61,893 nucleotides of DNA from an uncultured Candidatus Saccharibacteria bacterium (GCA_964349555.1 CAYGGK010000003.1:1-61893); one strand, 5' to 3'. Shown: positions 44,865 through 52,197, numbered from the stretch's first letter. The notes: generated by a model from the sequence alone, not told the origin. Translations and numbers: made by a program.

Positions 44865-44937
44865 GGGCCCTTAGCTCAGCTGGTAGAGCACCTCATTTGC
44901 AATGAGGGGGTCAGCGGTTCAAATCCGCTAGGGTCCA
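44865..44937 (+). tRNA. tRNA-Ala (anticodon UGC)
   Basis: Hand-folded cloverleaf of 73 nt. It has the G3:U70 identity pair, anticodon loop TTTGCAA and T-loop TTCAAAT. Confidence 0.9.
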
Positions 44938-44993
44938 CCCAAGTTTTTAAGCCCAGAGGGTAAGGCTGAATATTTTCGTAGTATACTGCGCTT

Positions 44994-45686
44994 ATGGAAC
45001 TCATCGCGGGCGATGCAGAGCTTGAAGCGCTCAATGTAGAGCTTAACGATCCGGAGCTGTTGCGCTCCTATAAGGAGCCGTACGACAACTACTGCCCCCA
45101 CTTCATCCCGCGCCTCCTTGGCGGTTTTCTCGTCGGGTGCGGCACCATCATGTACGGACGTGAACCGTCATATTTGAAATTTCGGTCAATAGAGGTCATC
45201 GCGCGCGTACCGTATCATTCGTGGTCCTCTGCGGCGTATACACTTCTCACGGTTTTTTACTCCGACGAACAGAGAGCTCTGCGGCTCTCCCGCGTCGCCC
45301 GATACTCACGCATGGCGCAAGACAACGAAACCATGCACGTGGTCGTCGTGTCGCACCTTGCCAGCCGAGAAGGGAAGGCGGGACTTGTCCGCCACACACT
45401 TATACCGATGTTTTTCGCGTTTTTCTACTTTTGGGCGTCCTACCTCCTTTACCTGATACGGCCTCGTTGGTCACTAGAGATCAACTATCTCTTCGAGCAA
45501 CACGCATTCGAGCAGTACAGCCGCTTTCTCGACCTCCACGAAGAGGAGCTTAAAAAGAAACCGGTTGAGAGCGACTTTCTCGCGCAGTACGGGCGCAATC
45601 CGCGGAGCCAGTACGAGTTCTTTCAATCTGTCCGCAACGACGAGCTCATCCATCGGAATCAGTCGGTAAAGAATATGGGAATGTAG
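44994..45686 (+). CDS. alternative-oxidase-like di-iron carboxylate protein
   Basis: 230 aa with four motifs in AOX/PTOX order: IEVIARVPY, DNETMH (ExxH), FEQHAFEQY and RNDELIHRN (ExxH). Confidence 0.6.
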   Translation: MELIAGDAELEALNVELNDPELLRSYKEPYDNYCPHFIPRLLGGFLVGCGTIMYGREPSYLKFRSIEVIARVPYHSWSSAAYTLLTVFYSDEQRALRLSRVARYSRMAQDNETMHVVVVSHLASREGKAGLVRHTLIPMFFAFFYFWASYLLYLIRPRWSLEINYLFEQHAFEQYSRFLDLHEEELKKKPVESDFLAQYGRNPRSQYEFFQSVRNDELIHRNQSVKNMGM

Positions 45687-45715
45687 TCGGATATCTGATA
45701 TGGTAAGCCGTGTTC

Positions 45716-45789
45716 GCGCTCTTAGCTCAGTTGGTTAGAGCGTCCGCCTCACACGCGGAAGGTCGCAAGTTCGAATCTTGCAGAGCGCA
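45716..45789 (+). tRNA. tRNA-Val (anticodon CAC)
   Basis: Hand-folded, 74 nt, with anticodon loop CTCACAC and T-loop TTCGAAT. Confidence 0.9.
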
Positions 45790-45790
45790 C

Positions 45791-45861
45791 CGGGCTGGAG
45801 TATGCCGGTAGTACGCACGCTTCGGGTGCGTGTAGACCGGGTTCAATTCCCGGCAGCCCGA
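45791..45861 (+). tRNA. tRNA-Pro (anticodon CGG)
   Basis: Hand-folded, 71 nt, with a C1:G72 pair and anticodon loop TTCGGGT. It starts 1 nt after tRNA-Val. Confidence 0.8.
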
Positions 45862-45862
45862 C

Positions 45863-45933
45863 GGGCCTATAGTAAAGTGGTATTACGCGGCATTCGCATT
45901 GCCGAGGCGCGAGTCCGATTCTCGCTAGGTCCA
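45863..45933 (+). tRNA. tRNA-Ala (anticodon CGC)
   Basis: Hand-folded, 71 nt, with G3:U70 and anticodon loop TTCGCAT. The T-loop TCCGATT is unusual (C at position 55). It starts 1 nt after tRNA-Pro. Confidence 0.75.
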
Positions 45934-45944
45934 CAAAATAAGGA
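45929..45944 (+). repeat. 16-nt direct repeat GTCCACAAAATAAGGA (tRNA-Ala 3' end plus flank), copy 1
   Basis: The identical 16-mer recurs at 52198-52213. Confidence 0.75.
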
Positions 45945-45988
45945 GGGCAGCGATTGGCGAGCATAGGCGAGGAAATACTGAGGCCGAC

Positions 45989-46078
45989 AGGCCGAACGTG
46001 CCATATTTTGTGAGAGTCCTGAGGAGTCTTCGACGTAGGGGTCCACTCGACTTGCTCCGCTCGCTCGTGGTAAACCAC
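45989..46078 (+). repeat. island-flank repeat, copy A (~90 nt)
   Basis: 46003-46078 aligns with 52225-52300 (few mismatches). 45989-46046 aligns with 52311-52368. Confidence 0.75.
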
Positions 46079-46105
46079 AAAACAACGAGCACTCGAGAAC
46101 GATGT

Positions 46106-46513
46106 TCACAAAATCTTTCTCAAACCTTCGGCTGTCTTTGCCAATTCTTCGTCGCTTGGATTCGCTCGCGTACCTTCAAGTAAAGATTTTGAGGTTATAT
46201 CGTGGTAATCGTGCATAGGCACGATATGAACGTGAGCATGCGGAACATCCCAGCCAGCGACAATAAGACCAACTTTTTTCGGATGAGAAAAAGTATTGGC
46301 CACATCAGCTAACTTTTTTACCGCAAACATCAGCTTGGAATAGGACTCATCATCAAGTTTGTAAAAATCGACCACGTGCTTCTTCGGGATGACAAGAATA
46401 TGGCCTGAATGTATTGGATGTATGTCCAAAAAAGCAAAGACAAAATCGTCCTCATAAATTTTATGAGCTGGAATTTCACTTTTTGAGATTTTGCAAAATA
46501 GGCAATCGTCCAC
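46106..46513 (-). CDS. HIT-family (histidine triad) nucleotide hydrolase
   Basis: Has CLFCKI...HILVIPKKH and the triad HAHVHIVP; 135 aa. Confidence 0.85.
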   Translation of the reverse strand: MDDCLFCKISKSEIPAHKIYEDDFVFAFLDIHPIHSGHILVIPKKHVVDFYKLDDESYSKLMFAVKKLADVANTFSHPKKVGLIVAGWDVPHAHVHIVPMHDYHDITSKSLLEGTRANPSDEELAKTAEGLRKIL

Positions 46514-48129
46514 ACCCGCATTTTAACATTTTTTCTATGCTGGTATCTGTTATAGTGCAACACGTGGGGCCTATAGTTCAGCGGTAGAACGCGTCCATGG
46601 CATGGACGAGGTCGGGGTCCGACTCCCCGTAGGTCCACTAGCAACGGTTTTTGAGCCTCTGGGAGGGTAAATACCCTTAAGGGGAGCGATAAAATAGCGG
46701 TTTCAAACCCGCTATTTTTGCTATACGCCAAATTGGCCTCGAAAACGAGCTTTAGAACCAGCTTTTTAGTGTGAATATTGCCTTCCTTCCATTGTTTACG
46801 CGGATTCTTGAGGAAGTCGAAGACGATGTCCAAGGCGGTTTCAATACTCGGGCCATGTTCGGCCAAAGACATGAGGGAATCTTTTAGAACCACGCCTTTA
46901 TCGACCAACGCACCAATGCGTTCCTCGTAAGTGCCGATGACTTGTTCGTTCGTTGCTCTGGCGACCAACTGCACCAGTCTGGCGCGTTCTTTTTCAATTC
47001 TTTCAATCTCTCTTTCTATATCTGCCTGCCGGTCTACTCTCTCAGAGATTTTCTTACGCCACACCTCTGCAACGATAGTCTTCGTTAGAGCCAACACTTC
47101 TACGCTCGGTTTAATATTCCCGAGAATCGCCTCGAATCGCTCGTCTATATCCGCCTTGCGAATGCTCTTATAGCGCTCGGGGCACCCTTTCGTCTTGCAG
47201 TGGTAGTAAGGGAACTTTCCCTTAGCCCAGCTCGCTGTGTCTGGCTTCCTGCAAGCGGCGCACAAAACGAATCCCCTAAGCGGAAAATCCTCGCTGAGGA
47301 AATTCTTCTTGTGTGTCGTTGTCCTTCCGCTCAGTCTATCTTGAATACGCTGGAATGTTGCCAAGTCAATTATACCTTCGTGCTTTGCCGGCCTTCGGCT
47401 AACCTCCCATTCTGGGTAGTCAATATAGCCCGCATAGAATATTTTCGTGAGTAGTCTCTTCACAAAGGATAGGTGAACTGGCTTCCCCTCGCGAGCATCT
47501 CTCTCTTCGAGAAAGCGTCTAACATCTTCTTGCTCTTGGAATCTTCCTGATGCGAACCCCTCAAGTGCCTCTTTAATTATTTCGGCGACCTTCGGAACAA
47601 TTACCGGCAACATCCCATGCACTGGGTCTCTCTTGAAGACATAGCCCGTCGGCATATCAGGGAACGTCCAGTAGCCTAGCTCCAACCTCGCCTTCATCTT
47701 CTGCATCACTTGTCTTCGATTCTGCTCGCGCTCGAGTTGTGCTGTCGCCGCCATAATCGTCTCTACATACTGGCCTTCTGGTGAAGCCGTGAAGACGAAG
47801 TTAGGACACTCTACGACAGCCCTGCGAAGTTCTAGAGCCCTCTTTAGCTTGATATATTGCTCCGTATCCCTCGCTAGTCGCTTCAGGTCATCGAAGATAA
47901 CCATGTAGCTGTTGTAGGGCTTGGCATCCATGTAGGCGAGCATCTCGGTCATTGCAGGGCGTTTCGTATAATCTCCGCCACCAGAGAAGCTATCTCGGAA
48001 TACTTTTTCTATCTCATAGCCCTTACTGCTCGCATACTCCCGACAGCGATGCTCTTGGCTCTCAAGGCCGTGCCCCTCGGTCTTCTGCCGTTCAGATGAC
48101 ACTCGCGCGTATATCAGTGCTTTTTGCAT
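46330..48129 (-). CDS. large serine recombinase (3' end uncertain)
   Basis: Has the N-terminal resolvase motif ALIYARVSSERQ, a recombinase domain, a zinc ribbon CAACRK...YYHCKTKGC and a coiled coil. The ORF has no stop codon until 46330. It therefore runs antisense through tRNA-Ala(GGC) and 184 nt into the HIT gene, and the last ~110-130 aa are probably not native. Confidence 0.8.
   Translation of the reverse strand: MQKALIYARVSSERQKTEGHGLESQEHRCREYASSKGYEIEKVFRDSFSGGGDYTKRPAMTEMLAYMDAKPYNSYMVIFDDLKRLARDTEQYIKLKRALELRRAVVECPNFVFTASPEGQYVETIMAATAQLEREQNRRQVMQKMKARLELGYWTFPDMPTGYVFKRDPVHGMLPVIVPKVAEIIKEALEGFASGRFQEQEDVRRFLEERDAREGKPVHLSFVKRLLTKIFYAGYIDYPEWEVSRRPAKHEGIIDLATFQRIQDRLSGRTTTHKKNFLSEDFPLRGFVLCAACRKPDTASWAKGKFPYYHCKTKGCPERYKSIRKADIDERFEAILGNIKPSVEVLALTKTIVAEVWRKKISERVDRQADIEREIERIEKERARLVQLVARATNEQVIGTYEERIGALVDKGVVLKDSLMSLAEHGPSIETALDIVFDFLKNPRKQWKEGNIHTKKLVLKLVFEANLAYSKNSGFETAILSLPLRVFTLPEAQKPLLVDLRGVGPRPRPCHGRVLPLNYRPHVLHYNRYQHRKNVKMRVWTIAYFAKSQKVKFQLIKFMRTILSLLFWTYIQYIQAIFLSSRRSTWSIFTNLMMSPIPS
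46567..46637 (+). tRNA. tRNA-Ala (anticodon GGC), island-borne
   Basis: Hand-folded, 71 nt, with G3:U70 and anticodon loop ATGGCAT. Its acceptor stem is identical to tRNA-Ala(CGC). The T-loop TCCGACT again has C55. Confidence 0.75.
46691..46718. terminator. bidirectional hairpin AAAATAGCGG / CCGCTATTTT
   Basis: A 10-bp stem flanked by an A-run and a T-run. It lies downstream of the tRNA and inside the 3' part of the recombinase ORF. Confidence 0.55.
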
Positions 48130-48275
48130 GGCTCTACATTAGCACTAGATGAGTCTAGATAATTATCGAGCACGTTCTCGACCATTGCATAAAGACTACC
48201 GCGCAGACGCTCCACCTGCTCATCACTGAGCTTGATATCTCCGAGATATTCTCTACACGCTTCCGTGCTCAACAT
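48114..48275 (-). CDS. possible 53-aa protein overlapping the recombinase start
   Basis: Encodes MLSTEACREYLGDIKLSDEQVERLRGSLYAMVENVLDNYL... and ends 16 nt inside the recombinase ORF. No family recognised. Confidence 0.3.
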   Translation of the reverse strand: MLSTEACREYLGDIKLSDEQVERLRGSLYAMVENVLDNYLDSSSANVEPCKKH

Positions 48276-48277
48276 GT

Positions 48278-48526
48278 CTAGACTTCTTCCACTGGAGAAT
48301 CTGCATCGACAAGACCCCTCTCCTCGTCTTTCCAAATCAGATTCTTTATAACGAGTCCCTCTGTGAGTAACGGCTCCCAGCGCGAATAATTCCGATTCCC
48401 GAGGACAAGATATACCTTGCCGCTTGAACGACTGGCCTCGAATAACTTGAATGTAACGATACGACAAAACTTTCCATCCCGACCCCTAAAAAAGGGCCCG
48501 ATCCATTTAATTTCTCCTCCAAACAT
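48278..48526 (-). CDS. hypothetical 82-aa protein
   Basis: An ORF in the island gene direction. An imperfect palindrome, AGGACTATCGA..TCGATAAAGTCCT, lies just upstream. Confidence 0.35.
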   Translation of the reverse strand: MFGGEIKWIGPFFRGRDGKFCRIVTFKLFEASRSSGKVYLVLGNRNYSRWEPLLTEGLVIKNLIWKDEERGLVDADSPVEEV

Positions 48527-48643
48527 AGTGGTATAGGACTATCGAATAATCGATAAAGTCCTCTCTTGGCTTGGCAGGCCCTATTGCAAGGCAACCCGCA
48601 AAGCCAACAAAGGGCTTTACGACGTGCAATAGGTTTAATGCAA

Positions 48644-48671
48644 AGCAAAAACGAGGCACACCTATGCCTCG
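48644..48671 (-). terminator. rho-independent terminator (minus strand)
   Basis: CGAGGCA / TGCCTCG stem. On the minus strand it is followed by TTTTTG. Confidence 0.6.
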
Positions 48672-48834
48672 TCTCTCGGGATTCGCTATCGAATGACCCG
48701 AAAGACAAAGCAAAATGCTTTTCTTTACGGGTATTCGGTAGCCGCGGGGGAACTTACACCTGCTCCATGGCGCCCTCCGCAACTGTATGCGCCGATGTGA
48801 GAACCGTTATTAGATGTAGCCTACAAGAAAATTG

Positions 48835-49134
48835 TTATTTTTGCAACCTCTTTGACTTAAGAAAGTCCTTTATTCTGTTCCGAAAAGTGATTTCTTTAAG
48901 ACCGATTCTCGTAGCACGACGTCGAATTTTTTTCTTTTCTAAAGTAACGTAAAAATCATCGTCATTTTGTATGAGTGCACTTTCTTCTTTTAGGTCTTCC
49001 GAAATAATCTGCACGCCTTGATAGTGCATGGATTCTTTTATCCACTCGTATAATTCTCTTAGATGCTGAAATTGCGGTGCTCCATTCTGCTTATTCCAGT
49101 CATTCAGTATCTTCTCTTCCGTGTTCTGTTCCAT
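48835..49134 (-). CDS. hypothetical 99-aa protein with basic C-terminus
   Basis: An ORF in the island direction with coding-like composition. No motif recognised. Confidence 0.4.
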   Translation of the reverse strand: MEQNTEEKILNDWNKQNGAPQFQHLRELYEWIKESMHYQGVQIISEDLKEESALIQNDDDFYVTLEKKKIRRRATRIGLKEITFRNRIKDFLKSKRLQK

Positions 49135-49170
49135 ACTGTTATTTAACTGTTCTGCAGCACTGACATTGTT

Positions 49171-49542
49171 TTAATTTTCACACGCCCACCCATCTCCGTC
49201 TCTATCAAGACCGTATTCATCATAACCAATCACTTGAACCATCCCAGTATAATTAGGACCATTACCAGAACCACCAGCACAATCATAGTCTCCAGCGTTT
49301 TTCTTTAAACAACCAGAGTAATTTGGATTGCATTGAGAAGAAGTTTGTATGGGCTTAGGAGTAGTAGGAGTGGGTGTCGGTATGGGAGGATTTATAGTAG
49401 TGGTCGTTTGTATAGGATTTCCTCCTCCTTGAAAGATTTTCCAACTGAAAGGATTCCACCATGCTGCGAAAGCAATCTGAGGCACGACAAGAGCCAACAC
49501 CATGAGACTTAAGAGAGTAGAAAGACGCTGAGTTTTCTTCAT
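49171..49542 (-). CDS. secreted protein with C-terminal Excalibur-type calcium-binding domain
   Basis: Has a signal peptide (MKKTQRLSTLLSLMVLALVVPQIAFA), a Pro/Thr linker and CNPNYSGC...DYDC...GLDRDGDGWACE. Confidence 0.7.
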   Translation of the reverse strand: MKKTQRLSTLLSLMVLALVVPQIAFAAWWNPFSWKIFQGGGNPIQTTTTINPPIPTPTPTTPKPIQTSSQCNPNYSGCLKKNAGDYDCAGGSGNGPNYTGMVQVIGYDEYGLDRDGDGWACEN

Positions 49543-49634
49543 ATAGTTATTAACCAAATGCTACTCTCATCTCAAGGGGGCGCAAGAGGAGATGTTGCGC
49601 AACTTGAGACCCTTTTACCTGCTCGAAATTATGA

Positions 49635-49997
49635 CTAAGACCTACTACTTGGAGCCGGTTCAGACGGAACCAAACCGTTCCTAATAGCAACTTCTTCAGA
49701 TATTTGAAGTGAATTTTTATATTGAGGCAACGAAGAATCCCTTTCTCGGATGACGACTATGCTCATCCCCTCTTGAGAAAGCTCCTCTGCGGTAGCCTGC
49801 GGTGCACGCCCCCACGCTCGGTCAAAAAGCTCCTTTATTGCCCGTATATCGCCCTTCTTGGCTTGTGAGATGAGAGCTTCGCTGATCGGACCAATCTCTT
49901 GTGTAACCCTCTCTGAAAGCAGTTTACGAGCTTCTTCAGCGTTCTTCGCCGCGAACCCCCGCTTCCTCCCTGCTCCTGCTCGGTATCCTCCTCTCAT
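49635..49997 (-). CDS. phage-like small DNA-binding protein (basic GGYRAGAGRKRG N-terminus)
   Basis: The N-terminal G/R-rich motif plus KKGDIRAIKELFDRAWGRAPQ resembles small-terminase/phage helper proteins. This is a weak, motif-level call only. Confidence 0.4.
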   Translation of the reverse strand: MRGGYRAGAGRKRGFAAKNAEEARKLLSERVTQEIGPISEALISQAKKGDIRAIKELFDRAWGRAPQATAEELSQEGMSIVVIRERDSSLPQYKNSLQISEEVAIRNGLVPSEPAPSSRS

Positions 49998-50005
49998 AAT
50001 TTTAA

Positions 50006-50386
50006 TTATACTTTGGACAGATATCTTCCCGAGATTTCAATGAAAACCTTCTCAGCTTCCTTGTCGTAATCTTTCCCCTCAAATTTCGGCTTTAGTCCAC
50101 TCCAACTTTGAGCAAGTTTCAGTGCATCTTCGTGTGGAATAAATAGGTCAAGTAGAGGCTTTATCTGATTCAGTAGTTCCTTATCTTCCTCATCAGTGGA
50201 TGTCACGGAACAAAGTATCGCGGCTTCTTCAATTTGTTTCTTGCTCGCGGGCAGTAGGTCTTCAGAATATAGACCAACCGGACTGTCAGGAGATAATTCA
50301 TGTAGGTATACCCGTAATGCACCAAATTTCTGAATCAATCGTTGTGCGTTTTCTATAGTCATATCCTGATAGGAATTAAATCGCAA
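50006..50386 (-). CDS. hypothetical 126-aa protein
   Basis: An ORF in the island direction. No motif recognised. Confidence 0.4.
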   Translation of the reverse strand: MRFNSYQDMTIENAQRLIQKFGALRVYLHELSPDSPVGLYSEDLLPASKKQIEEAAILCSVTSTDEEDKELLNQIKPLLDLFIPHEDALKLAQSWSGLKPKFEGKDYDKEAEKVFIEISGRYLSKV

Positions 50387-50392
50387 ACGAAT

Positions 50393-50848
50393 CTATAGCA
50401 ATTCTCTTTTTATGTTTTCAATCTCATTTTTGGTTTTTGTAACGGCTTCTGCATAATCATCCAAGTTTTGAAATACACTCCCCGAAGATGCAGATGGTTT
50501 GATGAGCATTTTGAATTTAAATTCTTGTTTGATTATGTCCAACACCAAAGTCTCTACGTCGGGGTATTCCTTACTACAAACACTCTCATCTGCATATTTG
50601 CTGGCACAAAATTCTTTTTGTATCGACTTTAACGAATCGTTCTCGTTGCCCCCGTTTTTCTCGAGCTGCCCTCTGTATCCTTGCAACCAATACCTGATAC
50701 GCTGTTTTCTTCCAGAGTAATAAACGAAATCAAAAACTAGTAATCCAATGGCAATAACTCCAAAAATCAGCCACTTGCCAGTAATATATCCAAGGACAAA
50801 TGAAGCAAGAGCCAGTGGGATTAATGAAATTCTTATTAGGTGTTTCAT
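50393..50848 (-). CDS. hypothetical membrane protein (two N-terminal TM helices)
   Basis: Has hydrophobic segments IRISLIPLALASFVLGYITG and WLIFGVIAIGLLVFDFVYY. Confidence 0.45.
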   Translation of the reverse strand: MKHLIRISLIPLALASFVLGYITGKWLIFGVIAIGLLVFDFVYYSGRKQRIRYWLQGYRGQLEKNGGNENDSLKSIQKEFCASKYADESVCSKEYPDVETLVLDIIKQEFKFKMLIKPSASSGSVFQNLDDYAEAVTKTKNEIENIKRELL

Positions 50849-50866
50849 ATTTTGATAAGAATCAAT

Positions 50867-51202
50867 CTAGTAGCTTTTGAAATCCGTTACCACCTCCGTT
50901 TTGCCATCCGCATTAGTAATTAGATATTTATACTCCACCCTACAAGCGTCATTGAAATCCTTTCCATCGAAAGGATTGCTTGAAGGTTCGTAATATTTAG
51001 CATCTACGACGCTGTTGTGCTGTTCTTTTTCCATACTTCTTTCCCTTTCCAATATCGCATAACACTCCATTCTTCTTTTCCCAATGTATTCTTGTCTGTC
51101 TTGGGCACGAATGGCATCCTGTTTCCCTGAGTAGTCCGCATACAAAAATAAACCCACCACAATTAAACCGATTAACAACACGATTCTTGGCCAGTTGTTC
51201 AT
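50867..51202 (-). CDS. hypothetical N-terminally anchored protein
   Basis: Has the TM segment WPRIVLLIGLIVVGLFLYA. It shares an identical 21-nt upstream junction with the next gene. Confidence 0.45.
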   Translation of the reverse strand: MNNWPRIVLLIGLIVVGLFLYADYSGKQDAIRAQDRQEYIGKRRMECYAILERERSMEKEQHNSVVDAKYYEPSSNPFDGKDFNDACRVEYKYLITNADGKTEVVTDFKSY

Positions 51203-51215
51203 ATTTTGATAAGAA

Positions 51216-52007
51216 TCAATAATCGTTATACACGACCCTTATATTAAACTCCTCAAGATTGACTGCCCTTTCGAAAAGAGCTGAAAACCGGCAAGGCACA
51301 CCTGGTTTCAACGACATAGTGCTGAATGAACGATAAGTGTCACTCGGGTTACCATATTCTCTTAAGAGGTTGCCACAATGAAATACCGAGTCCGCCTGAT
51401 AAACCCTCGCATCTTGGTCTACTAACTCAATTCTTTTCAGTGTAAAGGGAATTGCGGATGATTCCTCACTAGTTATCTGAAATACTAGTTTCGTGAATAC
51501 CCCTGACGATATCTTTGGATTCCATGTGCTGTAGCCAAAATCGTTATCAACCCTCGACCCCAGGTTTGTTCCATTTACAAATTCAAAACTGAGTTTACCA
51601 TCATCGCTTTTGGTGACCCCAGTTCCAAAGGTTACTGCTTGTGGGAGAAAAGAATTGAGACCCGACTCATAACTTACTGTTGATGGTTCTGGTGTTTCTT
51701 CGTGCGTCAAAGCAATGAATATAATTGCTACACTACATACCAATAAAATCGCCCATAGAATTTTTTTACGGGTAATCAAACTCTTCAAGAAAGCTATCCG
51801 ATTTTGTGTGAGAAGAAGATCCGCATTACGATTTTCTGACACAGCAATCTTTTTCCAACCCAAAGTATAAAAAATCAGAAAACCAGGAATCAGGGCGACA
51901 AAAAGAGCAGCAAAAGTTGAGTAATCTGAATTATCTATTGCTATCAACCAAAGAAGAAATCCAAAAACGTAAATCGTCAGCAATTGTCCTTTAGTGATTT
52001 TATACAT
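51216..52007 (-). CDS. hypothetical membrane protein with beta-rich extracellular domain
   Basis: Has three TM helices followed by a ~150-aa domain (FTLKRIELVDQDARVYQADS). Confidence 0.45.
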   Translation of the reverse strand: MYKITKGQLLTIYVFGFLLWLIAIDNSDYSTFAALFVALIPGFLIFYTLGWKKIAVSENRNADLLLTQNRIAFLKSLITRKKILWAILLVCSVAIIFIALTHEETPEPSTVSYESGLNSFLPQAVTFGTGVTKSDDGKLSFEFVNGTNLGSRVDNDFGYSTWNPKISSGVFTKLVFQITSEESSAIPFTLKRIELVDQDARVYQADSVFHCGNLLREYGNPSDTYRSFSTMSLKPGVPCRFSALFERAVNLEEFNIRVVYNDY

Positions 52008-52197
52008 AGGTTCTATCTAAGCTTACACCCATTTAAGACGACTTAGGAATACTCTGTGTTTAACTAACCCCTTGTGATACCTAGGCACTGGCATATCCAC
52101 TAGATTCCACTACTTTCCCAACACGCGAAGCCTCTAAAATCGCCTCAGAGCCCTCTAAAACCCAAGAATGTATCAGGTTCCAACTTTCGTTCACCAT

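Noticed and set aside
45749-46109. Minus-strand ORFs 45749-46078 and 45867-46109, and + strand ORFs 45778-45966 and 45998-46183.
   Set aside because: They are translations of tRNA genes and of the flank repeat, with no start context.
48566-48952. + strand 128-aa ORF and the minus-strand ORFs 48346-48708 and 48507-48782 in the island.
   Set aside because: They overlap each other and a clear terminator, have no start signals, and have Cys/Arg-rich unnatural composition.
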